In this document: positions 35,612 to 44,126 of the stretch, in pieces
Layout: every line of letters begins with the position of its first letter
Numbering within the stretch: the first letter of the stretch is position 1
NCBI GenBank assembly: GCA_964489175.1
Contig: CAZAYA010000001.1
Coordinates: forward strand, 1-60,588
DNA length: 60,588 nt
Direction: 5' to 3'
Source of the DNA: an uncultured Flavobacteriales bacterium
GTDB lineage: Bacteria; Bacteroidota; Bacteroidia; Flavobacteriales_D; CAYVSK01
Translations under genes and position numbers: made by a program
Notes under the pieces: generated by a model
Told to the model about the DNA's origin: nothing
The model's input: only the letters and a program-made list of their open reading frames with translations
Databases searched by the model: none

Positions 35612-37936
35612 CTAATTTAAGAATATTTTAACATACTGGTATTCACCATACTTCTCCTTATCGTCAGGATCACCTTGGTATTCAGGCCCCTGCACTTTGG
35701 CATCCATGTTGATCTCAACACGGGAAGGGTCAAGTCCAGCATCCCGAAGTGTACGACGGATCGTACGTTGAGCTTCTTCCGCCCTTTTAATAGCCAACCG
35801 GAAGTTGGAGCCATAAGTAGCTGTAGGCACTTTAGAAGCACTGGCCTCGATCCGGAGGCCGATCGTTCCCTTGTTCTTCTGCAACACTTCCTTGAGATCC
35901 TGACTAAAGGACGCAAGATCATCTTTCTGGGTTGCGATCATTTTCTTGTTATAATCGAAATATTTCTCAAAAACGACCTGTCCGGCTAATCCTCCGGTTC
36001 CTTCCTTTTCGATGTAAACCGTATCCACCCGGGTTACTGTATCCACCCGAACATCCGGTTTCCCTTTCATGGCCTGGGTCATTTGTTTTTTACGCTGAAT
36101 TCTCCGGCGGGTAGTGGTTTCCAACAAACCCATCGGTTCCACATCCTGTTCAGGAATAGCCTCCATCTGAGCATCCACGTCCACAGCCGGTTTGTTCGCG
36201 GATACCAACTCTCCGTCAGCACATTCAATGTCGAGGGTATCCAGGTTGATCGCACGTTTCACTTCCCGGTAAGTGGCGTTTTTCGGCACATCGATGGTCT
36301 CCTTGTAAAGGATACGATCCTCCACAGCATAGGAAAGAATGTACTCCTGACCAGGTGGCAGAATGGAAACAAAACCTCCATCCCGGCTTCGCGGGACAAA
36401 AGCCTCCAGTGTGTCGTTCCGGAGCTTGTTGACGAGATGAACGGTCACTTCATCAAGCTTCTCCTGACAAGCCTTTGCTCTAACAATACCCTTGAGGACG
36501 GTAAGCTTTTTCTCAGTAACCCCGGGGAACTCTACTTGATAAAGATCCTCCTCCCCATACCCTTTGACATTCCCAACGTTCTTCTTCACTCCTTTGAAGT
36601 CAGCGCTGTAATAAGCTCTTTTACCATCAGGAGAGACCACGAAATAAACGTCATCATCCGGGGTATTGATGGGATATCCGATGTTGTGGGGTTCACTCCA
36701 GTTCCCTTCTTCGGTAAGTTCAGTACTGAAAATGTCGAAGCCACCCATCGTTTCGTGCCCTTCGGAGCTGAAATAAAGCGTGGTCTGGTTAGGGTGGATG
36801 AAAGGACCGTCCTCATCGAAAGGTGTGTTGATCTCCGGTCCCAGATTATATACCTGGCTCCATTCCCCGTTCGGAAGTTTCTTGATGCCATAAATATCCT
36901 TGCCTCCGAACCCTCCTTCCCGGTCACTCACAAAATAGATATCACGACCATCGGCTGAAATGTCGATGTGGCTTTCATAAGCTCCGGAGGAATTGATGTT
37001 CTCAGCCAGCAATTCAGGTCTGCTCCAATTCCCGTCTTCCAAGGTGGTCTGATAAAGGTTACCGGCCCCTTCAACGGTCTTATAGATAAAAAGGGTCTTC
37101 CCGTCCGAAGAAAGGTTACTTGTGGCAATGTGTTCCTGCATCTTGTCGTTCCCCAGACCCAGGAAATTCGACCAGAAGCCACCCTCCTCGTTCTTGGTCC
37201 TGGAAAGAGGGAACAACTCCGCTTCTCCCCATTCCCCATTCTCCTGCTTGTAGGAAACATAAATGTCCTCAAAGTATTTCCCGGTCGCCCCTTCGATATC
37301 GTTGTAATTGGAACTATCCTCCCGCAGACGTCGGGAAGTAAAGAACAAAGAGGTCTCATCAAGGCTCAGCACAGGACAGTAATCGCTATAGGGACTGTTC
37401 ACCTGCGGTCCCAGATTGCTGATCTTGGCATACAAAGGGTCATCGATCAGTTCAATGGCCTTTTCGCTCATGGCAATATGCCGGTCAATATCCTTCATGA
37501 AAGGATCATCCTTGCTGGCCTTTTCTTCAAAAGTCTTCAGCTCCTGCAACGCTTCTTTAAAACGGTACTTCATATGGTACAACTTGCCCAGGTAGAAATG
37601 GACATCGATCGGGGCCTCATCCGAGCTGTAAAAAGGTTCGAACTGTTGGGTGGTCTTCTGCCGGGCTTTTTCAAAATAAGCGATCCCCTTGAACTTAGAA
37701 TCGGCAGAATTGAAATAACAGATGCCGGCGAAATAATTGAGGCTTGCATTGTCCGGCCTTTCCTCCAGCAGCTCTTTCCAAAGAGGAAGTGCATCCACGT
37801 ACAATTGGTCCAGCGTCATCATGTAAGCCCGTTCGAACTTCATTTTCATAGCCCGCTGATCCTGAGCCTGAGCAGACATTTGAAAAGGAAAAAGAACGAA
37901 CAGCAAGAAAGAAAGGATCAAGAACACCCGTTTCAT
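35612..37936 (-). CDS. TPR + PD40 + OmpA-like envelope protein (paralogue 2)
   Basis: Collinear with 32207-34390: MMTLDQLYVDALPLWKELLEERPDNASLNYFAGICYF vs MMTIDKLYSSAIPYWEELLAERPDNPNLNYLAGMCYY, matching PD40 units, and C-terminal IEASASKVPT...NFRLAIKRAEEA. Confidence 0.85.
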   Translation of the reverse strand: MKRVFLILSFLLFVLFPFQMSAQAQDQRAMKMKFERAYMMTLDQLYVDALPLWKELLEERPDNASLNYFAGICYFNSADSKFKGIAYFEKARQKTTQQFEPFYSSDEAPIDVHFYLGKLYHMKYRFKEALQELKTFEEKASKDDPFMKDIDRHIAMSEKAIELIDDPLYAKISNLGPQVNSPYSDYCPVLSLDETSLFFTSRRLREDSSNYNDIEGATGKYFEDIYVSYKQENGEWGEAELFPLSRTKNEEGGFWSNFLGLGNDKMQEHIATSNLSSDGKTLFIYKTVEGAGNLYQTTLEDGNWSRPELLAENINSSGAYESHIDISADGRDIYFVSDREGGFGGKDIYGIKKLPNGEWSQVYNLGPEINTPFDEDGPFIHPNQTTLYFSSEGHETMGGFDIFSTELTEEGNWSEPHNIGYPINTPDDDVYFVVSPDGKRAYYSADFKGVKKNVGNVKGYGEEDLYQVEFPGVTEKKLTVLKGIVRAKACQEKLDEVTVHLVNKLRNDTLEAFVPRSRDGGFVSILPPGQEYILSYAVEDRILYKETIDVPKNATYREVKRAINLDTLDIECADGELVSANKPAVDVDAQMEAIPEQDVEPMGLLETTTRRRIQRKKQMTQAMKGKPDVRVDTVTRVDTVYIEKEGTGGLAGQVVFEKYFDYNKKMIATQKDDLASFSQDLKEVLQKNKGTIGLRIEASASKVPTATYGSNFRLAIKRAEEAQRTIRRTLRDAGLDPSRVEINMDAKVQGPEYQGDPDDKEKYGEYQYVKIFLN

Positions 37937-38136
37937 GGGAGAGAAGCGCTTTTTACAAACGGTGCTGTTAAGATTAAAGAAGAAGGGGCTGTCTTTGAAT
38001 GCCCGAAAATACTAAATATTCTTTTCTATTTGCAAACCCCTAAGGACGAATGGTATATTTTAATCAAAATCTTCCGCCATTTACAGCCAGCACCTTTCAT
38101 GAGGCGGATATTCTCTAAATTAGTACCTGTGAGCCG

Positions 38137-38931
38137 ATGTCCACCCCCACTACTTCCATAGAGACCGTTTCGATCATCGGCGCCGGTAACGTCGGGTTCC
38201 ATATCGGCCTGGCCCTTCGGAGGAACAACATTCGCGTTGAACAGGTATGGAGCCGGACCCTGGCCAATGCTACCCGGCTGGGTGAATTGCTGAATTGTCA
38301 GACCGTCAGGGAGCCGGGCACCCTGAACCCGAAAACCGATCTTTTCCTTCTGGCTGTAAAAGACGATGCGATCCAAGAAGTAAGCCAGGCCCTTCCGGAT
38401 ACCGATGGTATCGTAGCTCATACATCAGGTTCCACTTCCGTGGATGTATTGCCCCAGGAAAAAAGGGGCGTGTTCTACCCTCTGCAGACCTTCAACAAGG
38501 ATAGGCCGATCGCTGTCAATGAGATCCCTTTTTTTGTAGAAGGGAACGCTCCCCAGGTCCTACAGGCATTGACCGACTTGGGTCAAAAACTGTCGAAAGA
38601 AGTCTACGCTTCCTCTTTCGAGCAAAGGAAATTCCTCCACATGGCGGCCATTTTCGCCTGTAATTTCACCAACCATCTTTATCACATGGCTGATGAATTA
38701 CTCGCCGACCAAGAGGTCGACCAACGTGTCCTTTACCCTCTTATCCGGGAGACCGTGGAACGATCCCGGGAAAGCCCCCCGGCCGAAACCCAAACAGGCC
38801 CCGCCAGAAGGGGAGACATGGAGATCCTGAAAGAACACCTGCACCGCCTGGAACAATATCCTTCCCACCAACGGGTATACCGGCTCCTTTCGAACGAGAT
38901 CCTCAAAGCTTACCATGGAGAAGAACTATAA
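38137..38931 (+). CDS. Rossmann-fold NAD(P)-binding protein with DUF2520 C-terminal domain
   Basis: IIGAGNVGFHIGLAL dinucleotide-binding motif and a C-terminal TGPARRGD motif typical of DUF2520 proteins. Confidence 0.8.
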   Translation: MSTPTTSIETVSIIGAGNVGFHIGLALRRNNIRVEQVWSRTLANATRLGELLNCQTVREPGTLNPKTDLFLLAVKDDAIQEVSQALPDTDGIVAHTSGSTSVDVLPQEKRGVFYPLQTFNKDRPIAVNEIPFFVEGNAPQVLQALTDLGQKLSKEVYASSFEQRKFLHMAAIFACNFTNHLYHMADELLADQEVDQRVLYPLIRETVERSRESPPAETQTGPARRGDMEILKEHLHRLEQYPSHQRVYRLLSNEILKAYHGEEL

Positions 38932-39424
38932 ACAATCGTTGAGCCATATCAAAGCTTTTGTCTTTGATGTGGATGGCGTATTGACCAATAACCAGGTCCT
39001 GATCCTGGAATCCGGACAACTGGCCCGGAGCGTTTCCATTCGCGACGGCTTTGCATTGAAAACCGCTGTGGATAAGGGTTTTCATGTAGGCATCATTTCT
39101 GGAGGGAATTACGATCCTGTAGCAGAACGCTTCCAGGCCCTCGGCATTCAGGAAATACACCTGGGAATAAAGAACAAAGTAGCTGTCTTTCAGGAATTCA
39201 TGCAGAGAAAAGGAATCGCAGCAGCGGATGTGATCTACATGGGGGATGACCTCCCCGACCGGGAAGTAATGCAGGCTTCAGGATTACCTGTATGCCCTCA
39301 CGATGCTGTGGATGAGATCCGAGGCATCTGCCAGTATGTCTCCCATAAAAAAGGAGGGGAAGGGTGTGTTCGCGATGTGATCCAACAAACCCTGAAAGTA
39401 CAGGGAAAATGGCCGGGTAATTGA
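38915..39424 (+). CDS. kdsC: HAD-IIIA phosphatase, KdsC family (KDO 8-phosphate phosphatase-like)
   Basis: FVFDVDGVLTN (motif I), ISGG and YMGDDLPD (motif IV). 169 aa. Overlaps the previous gene by 17 nt. Confidence 0.88.
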   Translation: MEKNYKQSLSHIKAFVFDVDGVLTNNQVLILESGQLARSVSIRDGFALKTAVDKGFHVGIISGGNYDPVAERFQALGIQEIHLGIKNKVAVFQEFMQRKGIAAADVIYMGDDLPDREVMQASGLPVCPHDAVDEIRGICQYVSHKKGGEGCVRDVIQQTLKVQGKWPGN

Positions 39425-39425
39425 A

Positions 39426-40436
39426 ATGTATTTTCTCCGCCTCATACGGCCCCTTAACCTTCTGATCATCGCCGGCACAATGTACGCCATGCGATGGTGC
39501 ATCATGGTCCCCACCCTCGATGCCTTCCCTGGGTTCGCAAAAACCAGATTGGAACTGCAATCCAGTTCCCTGGACTTCTTCCTCCTTGTCCTGTCGACCC
39601 TTTTCATCGCCGCTGCCGGAAATATCATCAACGATTACTTCGATCTGCGTGCCGACCGGATCAACAAACCCGGCCAGGTGATCATTGGCAAATACATCAA
39701 GCGACGGGTAGCCATGGGAGCACATGTGTTTTTCAATCTTCTCGGCATCCTCCTGGCTTTTTATCTGGCTTTCAAAAGCCGGCTCTGGTTCCTGCCATTA
39801 TTCCACCTTTTCTCGGCCGGATCCCTTTGGTTCTATTGTGTGAATTTCAAGAAACGGCTTCTGTTCGGTAACCTGATCATTTCACTCACCACTGCTCTCG
39901 TACCCATTCTGGTAGCTGTTTACGATCTGCCTTTGCTGGCCAGAGCATACAACAATGCTTGGGTCTCTTTCTTTTCCGATCTGCGCCTCATCGAAGACCC
40001 TGCCCGCATCGGGCGCCTGGTGATGTATTGGATCATGGGGTATGCCGGCTTCGCGTTCATCGCTACCCTGGTACGAGAGATCCAAAAGGACATGGCGGAT
40101 GTGGAAGGGGACAGTGCTGTAGGTAGTTCCACTCTCCCTATAACAATGGGGCTGAGCTGGACCAAAAAGATCACAGCCAGCCTGATAGGTCTGATGATCG
40201 TCATCATCATGGCCGTTCACTTCTTGTTCCTCAGGGACCTCTCCGCCTTATTGTATCTGGGAGCCGGAGTATGCATTCCTCTTCTCATCAGTCTCATCAT
40301 CACCCTGAGAAGCCGGGAAAGAAGATCGTTCCTGCTGGCCGCCACCTGGCTCAAGCTGGCCATGGCATCGGCCATTTTATTCGCTTATTTCGCGAGCTAT
40401 GTGTTTTCATCCAACCCGCTGATCCATAGTCTATGA
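39426..40436 (+). CDS. UbiA-family prenyltransferase
   Basis: NIINDYFDLRADRINKP (NxxxDxxxD) and a second Asp-rich region (DMADVEGD). Multi-TM. Confidence 0.88.
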   Translation: MYFLRLIRPLNLLIIAGTMYAMRWCIMVPTLDAFPGFAKTRLELQSSSLDFFLLVLSTLFIAAAGNIINDYFDLRADRINKPGQVIIGKYIKRRVAMGAHVFFNLLGILLAFYLAFKSRLWFLPLFHLFSAGSLWFYCVNFKKRLLFGNLIISLTTALVPILVAVYDLPLLARAYNNAWVSFFSDLRLIEDPARIGRLVMYWIMGYAGFAFIATLVREIQKDMADVEGDSAVGSSTLPITMGLSWTKKITASLIGLMIVIIMAVHFLFLRDLSALLYLGAGVCIPLLISLIITLRSRERRSFLLAATWLKLAMASAILFAYFASYVFSSNPLIHSL

Positions 40437-41029
40437 TACTACCCCACCACCTTGAAGACAAGCGCGTTATCCTTGCTAGCTCCTCTCCTCGCCGCCATCA
40501 CCTGATGCGCGAGCTGGGAATCGATTTCGAAGTGATCACCCCTGATGTAGAGGAAGACTACCCGAACGGCCTGACCCGGGAAGAGATCGCTGTTCATATC
40601 GCCAAGCTCAAAGCTGGCTACTTCGGTGAAGGGCTGGACGAACACCTCCTTATCATCACCGCCGACACCATCGTGGTAAAAGGGAACCGGATCCTTACCA
40701 AACCAGAAAACGAAAAAGACGCCCGGGAAATGCTCCGGGAACTTTCAGGAGACTCTCACGAAGTGATCACGGCGGTATGCCTCCGTAAAGGTGAGCAACA
40801 CCGGACCTTTTACGATAACACCAAGGTCCATTTCCGCGACCTCACCGATGAAGAGATCGACCACTACATCAGGAGATACAAACCATTCGACAAAGCAGGA
40901 GCCTATGGGATCCAGGAATGGATCGGATACATCGGCATCGATCGTATCGAGGGCTCTTATTTCAATGTTATGGGATTACCCGTCCATAAGGTCTATGAAG
41001 AACTCAAGGAAGTGCTCGGGGTCCGCTGA
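40433..41029 (+). CDS. maf: Maf-family nucleoside triphosphate pyrophosphatase
   Basis: ILASSSPRR, ADTIVV and KAGAYGIQEW motifs. ATGA overlap with the ubiA-family gene. Confidence 0.93.
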   Translation: MILPHHLEDKRVILASSSPRRHHLMRELGIDFEVITPDVEEDYPNGLTREEIAVHIAKLKAGYFGEGLDEHLLIITADTIVVKGNRILTKPENEKDAREMLRELSGDSHEVITAVCLRKGEQHRTFYDNTKVHFRDLTDEEIDHYIRRYKPFDKAGAYGIQEWIGYIGIDRIEGSYFNVMGLPVHKVYEELKEVLGVR

Positions 41030-41057
41030 GACCTCTCCCGTATCACCTTCCCCGAAC

Positions 41058-43103
41058 ATGCACCGTTATCGATCATACCTGCTCCTCCTGGCCCTGATAC
41101 TTACCGGGGTTTTCTTTCAGACAACCCCTTGCTCAGGACAACCGGAAAAATCGAAGGGATGGGAAATGGAGTTGCCTTCTCCCTTGTTATCCCATGTGGA
41201 ACAAAAGGTCACGCTGAAGGTCCCGGAGAACTCCCCTTTCGCTGAAGAACAATTCTCCATCACGGTCAAAGGGAAACAACACCCTATTCAGGTCACGGAA
41301 GGGACAGGAACTTTTCTTTTCCGCCCCGAAGGGGAGTCGACACTCAAAATAGAAACCCCTGCAGGCATCCTTGAAAAGCCAATTAGTCCCATACCTTTAT
41401 GGTTCAGCATTCTTCCACCTCTGCTCGCCATTTTCATGGCTTTGCTGTTCCGGGAGGTGATCTCTTCTTTATTGCTCGGCATCTTCCTGGGAACGGCGAT
41501 CATCGGCTACTACACACATGGCTGGACCGGCATCTTCAATGGTCTTTTCGCCATTATCGACGATTATATCCTGGTATCCCTGAATGACCCCGGCCACCTT
41601 TCGGTGATCCTGTTCTCTATGATGATCGGTGGGGTCGTAGCCCTGATATCCCGCAATGGGGGCATGAAAGGGGTGGTCGACCATATTTCCGGTCTTGCCC
41701 GAAGTCCCAAGAGTGGACAGTTGGCGACCTGGGGACTGGGCATCGGCATCTTTTTCGACGATTATGCCAACACCCTGGTGGTAGGCAATACCATGCGCCC
41801 GATCACCGATCGCCTCAAGATCTCGCGGGAAAAACTCGCCTACCTGGTGGATTCCACAGCAGCCCCTATCGCAGCGGTTGCTTTCATCACCACCTGGATC
41901 GGGGCGGAACTCGGATACATCCAGGACGGCCTGGATATGATCAACCGCAACGACACCCAGATCCACAACAGTGTGTATTCGATCTTCATGAACTCCCTCC
42001 GGTTCTCATTTTACCCGGTGCTGACCCTGGTCTTTATCCTGATGCTGGTCCTGAAAGGAAGGGATTTCGGGCCAATGCTGAAAGCCGAACGAAACGCCCG
42101 GCTCAGTGACGAGATCACGAGCAGCGAATCCGAACCTCCCGGCTCTCAAGACAAGGAAATGAAAGCGCTCGAACCGGTAGCGGGTATCCGGGGTTCCTGG
42201 TGGAACGCAGCAATCCCCATCGCCGTGATCATTTTCGGAACACTGACCGGCCTCTTCTACACGGGCAAAGAAGCTTGTTTGGAAGCCCTCCCCGAAGGAA
42301 CCCTGCACAGCGATTCCTTTGCCACCGTCTGGAACCACCTTCATTTGTTACCGGGAAGTCCAGAAACTCCGCTGGCCAAACTCGGGACCCTGATCGGGCG
42401 ATCGGACTCCTATTCCGCCCTTCTGTGGTCCTCCCTGGCCGGCATCTTCATCGCCATGTTACTTACCATAGGCCAAAGGATCATGGCTCTGAGCGACGCC
42501 GTGGAATCCCTGCTGACCGGCTTCAAGACCATGCTCGGAACGATGATCATCCTCATACTGGCCTGGTCCCTGGCCAAAGTAACGGAGGACCTCCACACGG
42601 CCGACTTTCTGACCAACATCATGGGAGATAATATCGCCCCCTGGGCCATTCCTGCCCTGACCTTCCTTCTGGCAGCCCTGATAGCCTTTTCCACCGGTTC
42701 ATCCTGGGGCACGATGGCTATCCTCTATCCTCTCATGCTCCCCGCCGCCTGGAAGATCTCCCAGATGAACGGTTATGCTCCTGAGGAAGCCCTTCCCATA
42801 TTCTACAACACGGTCTCCTGCGTGCTGGCCGGCTCCGTCCTGGGAGATCATTGTTCCCCCATCTCCGATACCACCATTCTCAGTTCGTTGGCCAGTTCCT
42901 GTGATCATGTGGACCATGTCCGGACCCAACTCCCCTATGCCCTCACCGTGGGAGGTGTAGCTTTACTGATCGGAACTATTCCTGGCGCGCTGGGAGCGGC
43001 TTCCTGGATCACTTATCCCCTCGGGATCGCGATCCTTTTCGGCATTATCATGCTCTTCGGTAAAAAGACCGAGCAGCAGGAAGCGTTGGAATTCGATGAG
43101 TAG
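41058..43103 (+). CDS. nhaC: NhaC-family Na+/H+ antiporter with an extra N-terminal extracytoplasmic domain
   Basis: Signal peptide-like MHRYRSYLLLLALILTGVFF and a roughly 110-aa soluble segment. The multi-TM core carries GDHCSPISDTTILSS, typical of NhaC-family proteins. The tracked start 40791 lies inside maf and was rejected. Confidence 0.85.
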   Translation: MHRYRSYLLLLALILTGVFFQTTPCSGQPEKSKGWEMELPSPLLSHVEQKVTLKVPENSPFAEEQFSITVKGKQHPIQVTEGTGTFLFRPEGESTLKIETPAGILEKPISPIPLWFSILPPLLAIFMALLFREVISSLLLGIFLGTAIIGYYTHGWTGIFNGLFAIIDDYILVSLNDPGHLSVILFSMMIGGVVALISRNGGMKGVVDHISGLARSPKSGQLATWGLGIGIFFDDYANTLVVGNTMRPITDRLKISREKLAYLVDSTAAPIAAVAFITTWIGAELGYIQDGLDMINRNDTQIHNSVYSIFMNSLRFSFYPVLTLVFILMLVLKGRDFGPMLKAERNARLSDEITSSESEPPGSQDKEMKALEPVAGIRGSWWNAAIPIAVIIFGTLTGLFYTGKEACLEALPEGTLHSDSFATVWNHLHLLPGSPETPLAKLGTLIGRSDSYSALLWSSLAGIFIAMLLTIGQRIMALSDAVESLLTGFKTMLGTMIILILAWSLAKVTEDLHTADFLTNIMGDNIAPWAIPALTFLLAALIAFSTGSSWGTMAILYPLMLPAAWKISQMNGYAPEEALPIFYNTVSCVLAGSVLGDHCSPISDTTILSSLASSCDHVDHVRTQLPYALTVGGVALLIGTIPGALGAASWITYPLGIAILFGIIMLFGKKTEQQEALEFDE

Positions 43104-43187
43104 CCAGGGGTCATAAGGGGTTATGGCTTCTTTTCTTAAGCAAGGCTCATTGCCTTCGGCTCCACCCTATTGCCCAATGCTACTGGC

Positions 43188-44126
43188 TCAATTCAGGATC
43201 TTCTGATCATCCAAACCCTTATCCTTGCCATGCAGGCGGATGCCCAGCATGATCTCGTGGGTACCAGTGCTGTAGTTCTTGATGTTGGTGGTGGTCAGGT
43301 CATGGGAATAGCCGATCTGCAGCTTGTTCTTGTAATTGTAGCCAGCCATGATAGCCACCGCATCGTTCGTTCGGTAGGATCCTCCTGCCCAGATGCTATT
43401 GTCGTAAATGAAACGACCTGAAACATCCAGTTTAGGCGGCGTAGGGTAAACATATTTGGCCAGAAGGGTAGGTTCGAACTGGAATTTATCGCCGATATCA
43501 AAGGTATATCCTCCCGTCACGATGTAATGATCTTCCAGGCGGCTGAGCGTGGTCGGCAGTTCGAACATCCCCAGCTTGTTCTGGAGCAGCTGAGGGGCCA
43601 CGGCTCCGATAAACCACTTGTCGGTATACAAGTGCAGACCGAATTTGGCATCCGGGTTGAGCTCCGAATACAATTCGTTGTTGATCGCTTCGTCTTTATT
43701 GTCTTCGAAAGTGATCTTGGACGCATCGATCTGGAATTGCAATACACCAGCGGCCAGGGCCGCGGATAATTTCAGGTTCTCCCCCAGCTTCAAATGGTAC
43801 GCATAGGACAATTGCATTCCAGTCCGGCGGGTAGGCCCTACGATATCAGTAAATAAATACCCCCCGAAGCCCATTTTACGGTCTTTGGAGGGGCCGTGAG
43901 CACTTAGCGTATAAGTCCGCGGAGCATCTGTGATCCCCACCCACTGGTAGCGATGATTGGACCGCACTTCGTAATAAGGTTCTGTACCAGCTACCGCAGG
44001 ATTCACCGCATACTCATTGAAGAGGTACTGGGTATACTGCGGCAGCTGCTGGGCGTTCACACCACCCGCGAACAAGCTGGTCAGCAAAAGCAAAGTTCCT
44101 ATCCTTTTCATCATGGTTGCGGGCAT
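43188..44126 (-). CDS. PorP/SprF-family type IX secretion system membrane protein (partner of the giant adhesin)
   Basis: Signal peptide then AQQLPQYTQYLFNEYAVNPAVAG, the family signature N-terminus. About 310-aa beta-barrel-like protein. ATG 44126 shares 1 nt with the stop of the upstream giant gene (TAATG). M5/M6 (44114/44111) are alternative starts. Confidence 0.9.
   Translation of the reverse strand: MPATMMKRIGTLLLLTSLFAGGVNAQQLPQYTQYLFNEYAVNPAVAGTEPYYEVRSNHRYQWVGITDAPRTYTLSAHGPSKDRKMGFGGYLFTDIVGPTRRTGMQLSYAYHLKLGENLKLSAALAAGVLQFQIDASKITFEDNKDEAINNELYSELNPDAKFGLHLYTDKWFIGAVAPQLLQNKLGMFELPTTLSRLEDHYIVTGGYTFDIGDKFQFEPTLLAKYVYPTPPKLDVSGRFIYDNSIWAGGSYRTNDAVAIMAGYNYKNKLQIGYSHDLTTTNIKNYSTGTHEIMLGIRLHGKDKGLDDQKILN

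Noticed and set aside
2837-38161. Other long antisense ORFs: 2837-3895, 3899-5125, 5924-6556, 17732-18784, 19143-20063, 28308-29429, 30195-31322, 32390-33277, 36083-36958, 36968-38161
   Set aside because: Each lies wholly opposite a confidently identified gene (PIG-L, SSS, guaA, LysM, argS, ffh, TPR-PD40 paralogues). None has a recognisable motif. They are shadow frames in moderately GC-rich coding DNA.
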